From the NCBI RefSeq assembly GCF_000009965.1, contig NC_006624.1, positions 1,830,001-1,862,000 on the forward strand: a stretch of 32,000 nt of DNA, written 5' to 3'. Positions 7,879 to 15,610 of this stretch are shown here, in pieces; positions within the stretch are counted from its first letter, which is position 1, and each line of letters opens with the position of its first letter. This DNA comes from Thermococcus kodakarensis KOD1 (GTDB lineage Archaea > Methanobacteriota_B > Thermococci > Thermococcales > Thermococcaceae). Below the pieces are notes generated by a model. That model was not told the DNA's origin. It made no database searches and saw nothing but the letters and a program-made list of their open reading frames with translations. The position numbers were made by a program, and so were the translations under genes.

Positions 7879-9207
7879 TCACCCCAGTCCGAGCAGGTGC
7901 ATGAACACTTCTGTGTGTCCGGTCATGCTGAGGAGTACTGGCAGTATGAGGCCGCCGAGGCAGTAGCTCCTCCTCGTGTTGAAGGCAGCCGCCATTAGGC
8001 CGATGGCAGTTGAGACGAAGAGCACGACCACTCCCATCCAGCCCGTCAGGAGGTAGGAGATAACGACGAGCACTGCCGCGACGAAGTAGGAGACCTTCTT
8101 GATGTGCATGACGTTGAAGCTCCTCGCTATGAGCCTTGAAAGCCCGTAGGTGAAGAGGAAGCTTATTCCAGAGGCGAGCAGGATGACGCCGATGGCCGCT
8201 ATGTACTCCGAGTAGCTCTTGGGCGTGTAGAGGGAGCTGACGAGCCACGCTCCAGCTCCCCTCGTGAGCCTCAGGTTCGGCAGGAAGAGAAGTGAGAAGG
8301 CCCCGACGTAGTAGAGGACTCTGTTGACGCCCTGGCTGATGATGAATGCGTCGTCGCCGCGCTGGCTCGTCATATGCCCCGCTACCATTGCTCCCATACC
8401 TCCAGTGATTATCGGATAAACTGCAGCTATTGTCCCTCCGAGGGCACCTCCGAAGCTGGCCTTCAGGGTGTTGTAGATACTGCTCTCGACTTTGTCCTCG
8501 GGCTTCTGCGGGAGCATCGGCGGGTTGGAGAGTATGTTGAGTATCACCCACGACATTCCGAAGAAGCCTATGAACATCGGCGTTAGCCTCGTGTAAGCAC
8601 TAGTCGCTGGCAGGATGTTGGTGTTCGTGACTATGAACCCGAGTATCCCCGAGAGGAAGAACACGAAGATTCCGCCGAGTATCTGCCTCCAGGCAAGCCA
8701 GAGCCTTTCCTTCACCGTCTTGCCCCTGTCGCCTTCCTTGGGCCACTCGCTCATGAACATGAAGAGGACGATGGCCACGAGGAAGTAGGTGATGTACGGG
8801 CTGGTCGCCTGGTATATCGGCGGCAGCACCTTGGGGAATACGAAGAGCATTCCGAGGACGAGGATCAGCGTTCCCGCAACGGCCCCGATGAGGTAGAGCA
8901 GTACCGCCTCATGCCCCCTGCCGAGGAGGAGGTACCTCTGTGTCGGGAAGAGGAGGAACACTGCACTCTCGTCAGCAACGCTGAAGTAGACGCTGGAAAT
9001 TGCGCTCACGTAGGCGTAAGCGACTATGGCTCCCACTGCGAAGAACGGGAACGCCTGGACTGGCATGAGCTCACCCACGCCGAAGACCGCCACCAGTAGG
9101 GCTATGATGTTGTAGATGTGGAACCCTGGAATCCAGGATATCAGCGAGCCGAAGAGCACGCCGGCGAACGACCAGATTAAAAGATCTGAGAGGGGGAGCA
9201 CGGCCAT
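7879..9207 (-). CDS. TctA/DUF112-like polytopic membrane protein (about 12 hydrophobic segments)
   Basis: Highly hydrophobic 442-443 aa ORF. Gly-rich blocks FGGALGGTIAAVYPIITGGMGAMVAG and RGAGAWL resemble TctA-family large subunits (from memory). The ATG at 9207 overlaps the upstream stop (TGATG). The track's GTG at 9210 is the alternative start. Confidence 0.6.
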   Translation of the reverse strand: MAVLPLSDLLIWSFAGVLFGSLISWIPGFHIYNIIALLVAVFGVGELMPVQAFPFFAVGAIVAYAYVSAISSVYFSVADESAVFLLFPTQRYLLLGRGHEAVLLYLIGAVAGTLILVLGMLFVFPKVLPPIYQATSPYITYFLVAIVLFMFMSEWPKEGDRGKTVKERLWLAWRQILGGIFVFFLSGILGFIVTNTNILPATSAYTRLTPMFIGFFGMSWVILNILSNPPMLPQKPEDKVESSIYNTLKASFGGALGGTIAAVYPIITGGMGAMVAGHMTSQRGDDAFIISQGVNRVLYYVGAFSLLFLPNLRLTRGAGAWLVSSLYTPKSYSEYIAAIGVILLASGISFLFTYGLSRLIARSFNVMHIKKVSYFVAAVLVVISYLLTGWMGVVVLFVSTAIGLMAAAFNTRRSYCLGGLILPVLLSMTGHTEVFMHLLGLG

Positions 9208-12185
9208 CACCTCACCTCTATGGCATCGGCGGTGTACGGGATGACCTCAACCGTCCCCTTGTACTCAGTCACGTAGCCTCCGACCCTTATCGTCTGTCCC
9301 TCGCTGAAGGTTAGGTCTCCTCCGACGCTCTTCGGGATGAAGATAACCAGCTCCCCGCTTCCGTCGTCTATCGTGAGCTTGATGAAAGTCCTTCCTTCGT
9401 AAACGTCCTTGATCGTGCCCTCAACGATTACTGTTTTGCCCTTCATGTCGAGGGTGACGTCGCCAGTCTTGTAAGTCTCGGAAGGTATAGCCTCGATGAC
9501 GGTGAGTGAGACCACTTTCTTTGCGTCGGCGTCGTAGGTTATCTCTATCCTGCTTCCCGTTCCGGCCTCGAACGGGTTCGGGAGGAGTTCGCGGCTGATT
9601 GAGAGTGTGGCACTTCCTGTATCGTCGCTGACGGTGATGTAGTAGCCGTTGTCGTAGTCCAAGCTATCCCAGACCACGGTAAGGTTCACCTGGCCAGTAG
9701 CTGAGGAAAGCTCTGAAACGGTGACCTCCTTGGTGGTCTCAGTTCCTCCTTGCGATGGTGCTCCCTCGACCTTCACTGCCTCGGTGGTGTACACTACGAG
9801 CTCCGGTGCACCGTTGTACTCTTCCACGTAGCCTGCCGTATAGACCACTGAGCCCTCGTCAACGCTCAGTTCTGCACCGTTCGGTATGAACACCGCTATC
9901 CCACCGCTTCCGTCGTCGAGGGTGAGCTTGAGGTTGTCTCCAACTGCCGCTACCTTGACTGCTGTCGCGTTGAGTGCTATGACCTTACCCTTCATGTCGA
10001 GCGTAACCTCTCCAGTCTGGTAAAGCTTCGGTGGAACTGCTTTTGCAATCTCCAGGGAGGTTACACTGCCGGAGAGCGGGTCGACAACGAGTTTGAGAGT
10101 GCTCCCAGTGGCAGCTTCGAGCGGGTTCGGTAGGAGATCCTTGGTTGCCGTCACGGTCGTGCTTCCCGTGTCGTCGTGGATTCCAAGGTAGTACTCTCCG
10201 CTCTCATAGGAGAGGGAGTCCCATGTGACCGTCAGGAGGAGCGGCTCGGTTGCGCTCTTGAGGTCAGATACCGTTCCCTCAACTGGCCCGCTCGCCCCTA
10301 TCTTTCTGATGGCCTCTGGGTGGAAGACGACAATCTCAGGCTCGTCGCGGTAGAGCTCAACGTAGCCGCCTATCTCAACTAGGTCGCCCTCCTGTGGGAC
10401 GTAGGCCAGCTCGTTGGCAGTAGTCCTTGGCACGAACACCGGGAGGCTTCCAAGGGTTATCTTGAGGTTGCCGCTGAGGTTCGCAACGTCCGTGACCCTG
10501 CCCGCGACGGCCACTACTTTGCCCACCATGTCCGATGTAACGTCCTCAGGCTTTATCTGAACTGGCGGAACCGCAGCCTGCACGGTCAGGGACTCTCCCT
10601 TGAGATTGTTCGGATCCTTGACGAACCCCCTTATGACGAGGACGCTTCCTTCACCCGCGTCGAGTGGGTTAAGGGCCATCAGGACGTCCCTCGAAATGGA
10701 GACGGTGACGCTGTCAACGTTCAGGTAGTAGGTTCCGTTGGCGTAGGTGAGTCCCTGGAGGGAGCCGACGAAGTCAACGAGCTTTCCAGTGTATTTTCCA
10801 AGCTCCGAGGCCTTAACCTTTGGAAGCTCGACTTCTGAAGAACCGACTGGCCTTCCCAGTGCCTTTATTCCGCTGCCCGTGTAGACAACTACCTCCAGGC
10901 TGCCGCGGTACTCGTCGAGGTAGCCGGCGACCTCAACGCCGAGCCCTTCCTTGAGGTCTGCTAGGGTCTCGTTGGAGAGCTCCCTGAGGGCGGCCGACGG
11001 TATGAATACGTCTATCTTCCCCGTTCCGTCGCTCACGACGAGCTTGAGGTTCGAACCGACGTTCTGGACGTCTTCAATATTCGCCTTGACTGCCACTATC
11101 GTGCCCTTCATGTCGGGTGTTAAAACTCCAATCGGAAGGAACTCCGTTTTGACGGCCTCAATGACCCCTAGATACGCGCCGACGAGCCTGCCGTCGTCAC
11201 CCATCTTTCCAGCGGCCTTGATTAGGCTTCCGCTTGCCAGCTCGAACGGGTTGAGGTTGGCGAGGACTTCCCTCGGGACGAGAACTTCGAGGTAGTTGGT
11301 TCCGTCGGTGAGCGTGAGGACGTAGCGGCCGCTCTCGTAGGTTATTCCCGTGAGGCTGCCCTGAACTGACATGACCATTCCGACGTAGCCAGGAGCTTCC
11401 GCCAGCGGAACGAGCGGCGCGCTCTCTATCGGCGTCACGTTGAACTGCTCAAGCGACCTGACGACGATTTCAGGGGAGGTTCCCTTGTAGAGGTAAACGA
11501 TACCAGGAGCATAAACCGTGTCTCCAACCTTCACAGAAACGTTGTTTTTGATGAGGAGAACCCTCGGTATGAGGACGGTCACGGGCGCAACTCCAGTATC
11601 AACCGTCAGGAGGTAGCCGGAGCTGACGTTGGAGAACTCGGTAACGACGCCCTGAACGGCGACGTAGGTGTTGCTCATGTTCTCGGTGAGCTCCATCACT
11701 GTTTTGGGACTCTCGGAATAGAGCTTGTTATTAAATTCCAGGCCCCCGAGATATTGGAGTATCGCATAGGTGTAGGTCTCCCTAACGCGGAGCTGCACTT
11801 CAGCGGTGACGTTGTCTCCCGGGAACGGGATCACGCCCTTTTCAACCATTTCATCCGCGAGCGGCGAGTAAACCCTGACGTCCATCTGACCAGTCCCGTC
11901 GTCTATCGTGAACGTCAGCGAGAGCTTACCGCCGGATTCCGATACGTAGGGAACGCTCGAGATGGTTCCGCTCAGCCTTACGACGGCGTAGTTCATCATG
12001 TAGTTGCCAGTGACGTCGCTGACCTTCATCAGCGGGGCCTGGGCGCTCTGAGCAGCCACCAGGAGCACCGCGACCCCAATCACCGACAGCAGAAGGGAGA
12101 GGTATTTCAGCTTCGATACGTCGATCTTCTTCTGTTCCTTTAGGCCGTGATAATACAGCTTTTTCTCTTGTTTTTCGCCGGCCAT
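9207..12185 (-). CDS. Signal-anchored surface protein (992 aa) built from about ten tandem OB-fold-like modules
   Basis: A K-rich N-terminus is followed by one TM helix (LSLLLSVIGVAVLLVAAQSAQA, nt about 12045-12107), so the predicted topology is N-in/C-out. There are nine N-x-S/T sequons. Repeated cores are TIDDGTGQMDVRVY, VVSDGTGKIDVFIP, TLDDGSGGIAVFIP and TIDDGSGELVIFIP. Module ends are GYLDEYRGSLEVVVYT, GYVELYRDEPEIVVFH, GYVEEYNGAPELVVYT and GYVTEYKGTVEVIPYT. Confidence 0.75.
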   Translation of the reverse strand: MAGEKQEKKLYYHGLKEQKKIDVSKLKYLSLLLSVIGVAVLLVAAQSAQAPLMKVSDVTGNYMMNYAVVRLSGTISSVPYVSESGGKLSLTFTIDDGTGQMDVRVYSPLADEMVEKGVIPFPGDNVTAEVQLRVRETYTYAILQYLGGLEFNNKLYSESPKTVMELTENMSNTYVAVQGVVTEFSNVSSGYLLTVDTGVAPVTVLIPRVLLIKNNVSVKVGDTVYAPGIVYLYKGTSPEIVVRSLEQFNVTPIESAPLVPLAEAPGYVGMVMSVQGSLTGITYESGRYVLTLTDGTNYLEVLVPREVLANLNPFELASGSLIKAAGKMGDDGRLVGAYLGVIEAVKTEFLPIGVLTPDMKGTIVAVKANIEDVQNVGSNLKLVVSDGTGKIDVFIPSAALRELSNETLADLKEGLGVEVAGYLDEYRGSLEVVVYTGSGIKALGRPVGSSEVELPKVKASELGKYTGKLVDFVGSLQGLTYANGTYYLNVDSVTVSISRDVLMALNPLDAGEGSVLVIRGFVKDPNNLKGESLTVQAAVPPVQIKPEDVTSDMVGKVVAVAGRVTDVANLSGNLKITLGSLPVFVPRTTANELAYVPQEGDLVEIGGYVELYRDEPEIVVFHPEAIRKIGASGPVEGTVSDLKSATEPLLLTVTWDSLSYESGEYYLGIHDDTGSTTVTATKDLLPNPLEAATGSTLKLVVDPLSGSVTSLEIAKAVPPKLYQTGEVTLDMKGKVIALNATAVKVAAVGDNLKLTLDDGSGGIAVFIPNGAELSVDEGSVVYTAGYVEEYNGAPELVVYTTEAVKVEGAPSQGGTETTKEVTVSELSSATGQVNLTVVWDSLDYDNGYYITVSDDTGSATLSISRELLPNPFEAGTGSRIEITYDADAKKVVSLTVIEAIPSETYKTGDVTLDMKGKTVIVEGTIKDVYEGRTFIKLTIDDGSGELVIFIPKSVGGDLTFSEGQTIRVGGYVTEYKGTVEVIPYTADAIEVR
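9210..11414 (-). repeat. Intragenic protein-level tandem repeat: four two-module (B-A) units of about 170-190 aa
   Basis: The units are at residues 258-445 (nt 10851-11414), 455-630 (10296-10823), 637-808 (9762-10277) and 821-992 (9210-9725). B modules share x-Y-E/A/D-x-G-x-Y-Y/V-L...LxxNPxEAxxGS. A modules share T-x-DMKGK-x-V...NLKL-x-x-DDGSG...GYV-x-EY-x-G. Units 3 and 4 are the most alike. Confidence 0.7.
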
Positions 12186-12338
12186 AAACCTGACCTCCGA
12201 TTATTTAACGTAGCGGAGGGGTTGGTGGGTGGCCTTTTTAACACTTTCGTGTCAAATCAATTCAGAGGTGGGCAGAACTGGGTAGGATTCAACATGACTT
12301 TCAGATATTGTAACTCTCAAGCCCTTGCACTGTCAAGG

Positions 12339-12346
12339 AAAAATAA
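12339..12346 (-). terminator. Oligo-T terminator (TTATTTTT on the minus strand) after the S9 peptidase gene
   Basis: The T-run lies 14-21 nt downstream of the stop at 12360-12362. Archaeal RNA polymerase terminates at oligo-T tracts. Confidence 0.5.
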
Positions 12347-12359
12347 GGTGAGAAGAGCG

Positions 12360-14228
12360 TCAGGAGTCCCCCTTCAGAATCTTCTCAACCTCAAAGCCTT
12401 CCTCGTACTTCTTCAGCTTCCTCTCGAAGAACTCGATGAAGAGCTTGTAGCGCTTGGCCCTGTGCTTCGGGCTTCCGCGGATGCTGTGGCCGTGTGCTCC
12501 CCTCCTGAATATCGCTATGTATGCCTCCTTTCCAAGGTCTTTGAGAACGTTGTAGAACATCAGGCTCTGGTCGAGCGGGCAGCGGTAGTCCTCAAGGCTG
12601 TGAATGAGGAGGAGCGGCGCCTTCACCCTGTCTGCGTAGAACAGAGGGCTTAACTTGCGATAGTTCTCGTTTTCGAGCGGGTTAGGGCCAATTACCTCGA
12701 CATCGTACCAGAGGCCTATGTCCGAGAATGCGTAGCTGGTCAGCCAGTAGCTTATCCCGTTCTCGCTTATGCCTGCCTTGAAGAGGTCTGACTGCGTTAC
12801 CGCCCAGTTCGTCATATAACCTCCATAGCTTATGCCCGTTATACCAACCCTCTCGCGGTCTGCCTGGGGCTCAAGCTTGAGGAACTCTTCTATGCCGTTC
12901 ATTATATCCTCGAAGTCTTCCAAGCCCGTCCTTTCGAGAACTCTCAAAGCGAAGTCTTCATCGTAGCCGTTGCTCCCGCGCGGGTTTACAAAGACGACGT
13001 AGTATCCTTTGCTCGCCATCAGCTGCATCTCGTACTTGAAGTAGTGGCCGTACATCCCCTTCGGCCCGCCGTGGACGAAGACTATGACCGGGGCTTTTTC
13101 TCCCTCATTGAGTTCGGGCCTGATGTACCAGCCGTCTATCTCGAGGTCTTTGCTCCTGAAGAGGAAGTGCCTCGGCTCGAAGGTCTTAAGCTTCGCGAAT
13201 ATCGGCCCGTTGTAGTCGGTTATCTGCTTAAGCTCGCCATCGTAGAGGTAGAGCTCCCTTAGCCTCGTTGCTGTCTCTATAAGGAGTGCTATCCTTCCGT
13301 CATGGACATCGAAGCCCATTATCCAGTGGTCGCCGACGATGAGCGGCTTAACTTCACCGTCCCAGAGGTAGAGGTTCACCCTTCCAGCGTCGGGAACCGT
13401 GAAGTAGACTTTCCCGCCGTCGAGCTTTGCACTCCCTGTGTTGAGCGGACCTTCATATACGGGCTTAAGTTCTCCGTCCCAGAGGTAGAGCCAGTCGTGC
13501 TCGCTCATGAACTTCTTCTCCCTCTTTCCGTGGAGGAGGATGGCCTTTCCGTCGGAATCAACAGCCTCGAATGAGACCCTCTCGAAGAGTTTTTCCTCAT
13601 CTCCGTCCTTCCATAGGTAGATGTCGTAGAACTTGAAGAGGGCCGGCTTACTCCCTTCCCTGTGCGGGACGTTGATAACTACTCCATCGCCGTGCCATAC
13701 CCCGCTGGAAAAGCGCGGCTTCTCGAACTCCTCAAGGATTTCTTCGCTCTCCGTGTCAAGTATCCAGAAGGTGGTCTTCTCGCCGTCGAGGAATCCCATG
13801 TTGTCGAACCAGACGGGAACGTCGTCATCGAAGACAAAGTCCTCATCATCCCTTCTCTTGAAGCCCACAACGAGAAGCCTCCTCGAGTCGTCGTTCCACT
13901 GGACTGAGCGGATGTTTTTGGCGGAGAGGACTTTCTTTGCGCTGAGGGTCTCAATATCTGCAACCCATATCTCGGTCTCCTTCTTCTCCTCGTTGGAACG
14001 CATGAATGCGAGCTTTTTCCCGTCCGGAGAAATTCTCGGCATTGAGGCGTTCTCAACGAACCTCTTGGTTCCTCTCTCAAGGTCTTCAACCACAACGGTG
14101 CTCTCGTATTTGTTGTCCTTCATGTTGACCTTCGTGAGAACGTAGGCAACTTTGCTTCCCCTTATCCTGGGATCGCCGAGGTAGGCGAACTTAGAAAAGG
14201 TCTTCTCGTTCCATTCGATACTGCTCAT
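12360..14228 (-). CDS. S9-family serine peptidase (acylaminoacyl-peptidase / prolyl oligopeptidase-like) with an N-terminal beta-propeller
   Basis: The C-terminal alpha/beta hydrolase domain carries the nucleophile elbow GISYGGYM. The acid and His regions are LLLIHSLEDYRCP and RRGAHGHS. VIVFVHGGPKG is also present. The N-terminal roughly 350 aa have a repetitive beta pattern (propeller). Confidence 0.85.
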   Translation of the reverse strand: MSSIEWNEKTFSKFAYLGDPRIRGSKVAYVLTKVNMKDNKYESTVVVEDLERGTKRFVENASMPRISPDGKKLAFMRSNEEKKETEIWVADIETLSAKKVLSAKNIRSVQWNDDSRRLLVVGFKRRDDEDFVFDDDVPVWFDNMGFLDGEKTTFWILDTESEEILEEFEKPRFSSGVWHGDGVVINVPHREGSKPALFKFYDIYLWKDGDEEKLFERVSFEAVDSDGKAILLHGKREKKFMSEHDWLYLWDGELKPVYEGPLNTGSAKLDGGKVYFTVPDAGRVNLYLWDGEVKPLIVGDHWIMGFDVHDGRIALLIETATRLRELYLYDGELKQITDYNGPIFAKLKTFEPRHFLFRSKDLEIDGWYIRPELNEGEKAPVIVFVHGGPKGMYGHYFKYEMQLMASKGYYVVFVNPRGSNGYDEDFALRVLERTGLEDFEDIMNGIEEFLKLEPQADRERVGITGISYGGYMTNWAVTQSDLFKAGISENGISYWLTSYAFSDIGLWYDVEVIGPNPLENENYRKLSPLFYADRVKAPLLLIHSLEDYRCPLDQSLMFYNVLKDLGKEAYIAIFRRGAHGHSIRGSPKHRAKRYKLFIEFFERKLKKYEEGFEVEKILKGDS

Positions 14229-14310
14229 AACGATATCACCGAATTATGTTTGAGCCGAAGCTTATATCGTTTGCGGAAGGTTTTAAACTCCAAAACTGTA
14301 GTTTTTCTCC

Positions 14311-14637
14311 ATGAGGGAGACAACCGCGGTTGGAATCATACTGGCGTTGGGCGTTGGAATCTCACTTGTAACAAGGAACTACCTCGGCATAGCGTTCGCC
14401 GCGCTTGGAATTCCAGCGTATCTGGCCTACACAGCGAGGGAGCAGAACATTCTGGCGAAGTCCAGGCTCTACGACAGGGACCTCTTCCTGATGATAGTTA
14501 TCTCAGCGGCGGTCATACTGGCCTTCAACTACTTTTTCGACCCAAGGGCGGGCCTGATAATACTGGCGCTGGCGGTTCCACTGATAGCGCTATACGCGGA
14601 CAGGCTAAAGACCAGAAAGAAGGCTCAGGAGGCGTGA
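14311..14637 (+). CDS. Small membrane protein (108 aa, 3-4 TM helices), unknown function
   Basis: Hydrophobic segments VGIILALGVGISLV, LGIAFAALGIPAYLAY, LFLMIVISAAVILAFNYFF and LIILALAVPLIALYA, with a basic tail. I prefer it to the overlapping 146-aa frame, which is G/R/S-rich. Confidence 0.6.
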   Translation: MRETTAVGIILALGVGISLVTRNYLGIAFAALGIPAYLAYTAREQNILAKSRLYDRDLFLMIVISAAVILAFNYFFDPRAGLIILALAVPLIALYADRLKTRKKAQEA

Positions 14638-15255
14638 GAGGCTTCCGGTTCTCTTGTAGTGCCTCAGGGCATCTTTCATTTCTTCCCTGAACTTCTCGTC
14701 GAGACCAAATTTCTCCCGCACCCTCTTTGATATTGCGTTCTCACCTATGAAAATCATCGCCATCGCCGAGGTCAGGTTGTTTGGCTTCCTGAACCCTGCT
14801 TTCTCGAAGTCTATCAAGTAAACGTCCTCGCCGATTATGATGTGCTTCCCGCCCTGTATCTGCCCGTGGTCTATGCCCAGCCGATCCAGGAGTGCGGTTT
14901 TCTCCACTATCCTGAAGAGATGCTCCTTTTCCACGTCCGCGAAGAGGATAGGTTCACCCTCGGCGAACTCCCTGATGAGGTAGGGAAGGCCCTCGAACTC
15001 GCCAAGGCCAATGATCGGAGGAGTTACCCCAAAGGTGGAGGCAATTTTGGTAAGTTCAGCTTCTTTTTCGAAGTTGCTCCTCGGTGAGTCTGGTCTTTGA
15101 AGCTTTATCACGACTTTCCTCCCGCCTAAAACTCCAGTGAAGACTAGGCTCGTCGTCCCCTTGGCGAGTGGCTCAACGCCTCCAACGCCCTCCTCGGCCA
15201 GGTGCCTTAGAAATCCTTCCAGCCTTTTACTACTTATGATGTGTTCGAACGTCAT
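14605..15255 (-). CDS. Small atypical protein-kinase-fold protein (Bud32/RIO-like, COG2112-like)
   Basis: Gly-loop AKGTTSLVF, VAIK-like VVIKLQRP, catalytic-loop-like DHGQIQGGKHIII, and DFG-like LIDFEKAG. I place the start at the internal ATG (15255, MTFEHI...). The longer track ORF (to 15378) would run through the divergent promoter and the neighbouring gene. Confidence 0.65.
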   Translation of the reverse strand: MTFEHIISSKRLEGFLRHLAEEGVGGVEPLAKGTTSLVFTGVLGGRKVVIKLQRPDSPRSNFEKEAELTKIASTFGVTPPIIGLGEFEGLPYLIREFAEGEPILFADVEKEHLFRIVEKTALLDRLGIDHGQIQGGKHIIIGEDVYLIDFEKAGFRKPNNLTSAMAMIFIGENAISKRVREKFGLDEKFREEMKDALRHYKRTGSLSRLLSLLSGL

Positions 15256-15304
15256 ACGCGATAAGCTTAAATAGTCCGGCGATAAAATATTTTTGGTGAT
15301 AGCC

Positions 15305-15532
15305 ATGGTGACGGCTTTTATTCTGATGGTTACGGCCGCCGGAAAGGAAAGGGAAGTTATGGAGAAGCTTCTTGCCATGCCCGAAGTTAAAGAGGCCTAC
15401 GTCGTTTACGGTGAGTACGACCTCGTTGTTAAGGTCGAGACCGAGACGCTCAAGGACCTTGACCAGTTCATAACCGAGAAGATAAGGCGCATGCCCGAGA
15501 TTCAGATGACCTCGACGATGATAGCCATCTGA
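15305..15532 (+). CDS. Stand-alone RAM domain protein (Lrp/AsnC ligand-binding domain only, no HTH)
   Basis: MVTAFILMVTAAGKEREVMEKLLAMPEVKEAYVVYGEYDLVVKVETETLKDLDQFITEKIRRMPEIQMTSTMIAI is the beta-alpha-beta-beta-alpha-beta AsnC_trans_reg pattern (G-x-Y-D-hhhhh). At 75 aa it is too short to include a DNA-binding domain. Confidence 0.8.
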   Translation: MVTAFILMVTAAGKEREVMEKLLAMPEVKEAYVVYGEYDLVVKVETETLKDLDQFITEKIRRMPEIQMTSTMIAI

Positions 15533-15542
15533 ACTTCTGACT

Positions 15543-15556
15543 CTTTTTGTTCTCTT
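15543..15556 (+). terminator. Oligo-T terminator (CTTTTTGTTCTCTT) after the RAM-domain gene
   Basis: The T-rich tract lies 11 nt after the stop at 15530-15532. Confidence 0.5.
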
Positions 15557-15610
15557 ACTCACTGACTTAGCTATTTCTGGGTGCCAGGAATACCCTGTCA
15601 TTATCGTTGT

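Noticed and set aside
7874-8551. 225-aa minus-strand ORF in an alternative frame
   Set aside because: It lies entirely inside the TctA-like gene in another frame. It is extremely R/H/P/Q-rich (for example RRRIHHQPGRQQSPLLRRG), which is not protein-like next to the hydrophobic in-frame product.
12186-12359. Possible C/D-box sRNA in this spacer, and in 20300-20552
   Set aside because: I found no RUGAUGA C box paired with a CUGA D box at appropriate spacing on either strand. Only isolated CTGA tetramers are present.
12147-12653. 168-aa plus-strand ORF. It begins within the 5' end of the 992-aa multi-OB gene, spans the 174-bp spacer, and runs into the peptidase gene.
   Set aside because: It runs antisense through the 3' end of the S9 peptidase gene and across the terminator and promoter spacer. 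It has no motifs. The GCCTTTTTAACAC box at about 12228 also occurs at about 5571 upstream of the methyltransferase gene. It is more simply read as a TATA-like element for the minus-strand operon.
13633-14145. 170-aa plus-strand ORF, plus the 81-aa (+) and 138-aa (-) ORFs nearby
   Set aside because: They are antisense to, or out of frame with, the S9 peptidase. The 170-aa product is a Ser/Thr/Leu low-complexity string.
14250-14690. 146-aa plus-strand ORF overlapping the 108-aa membrane ORF
   Set aside because: It is an alternative frame of the same region. Its G/R/S-rich composition looks non-protein-like, while the 108-aa frame gives four clean hydrophobic helices.
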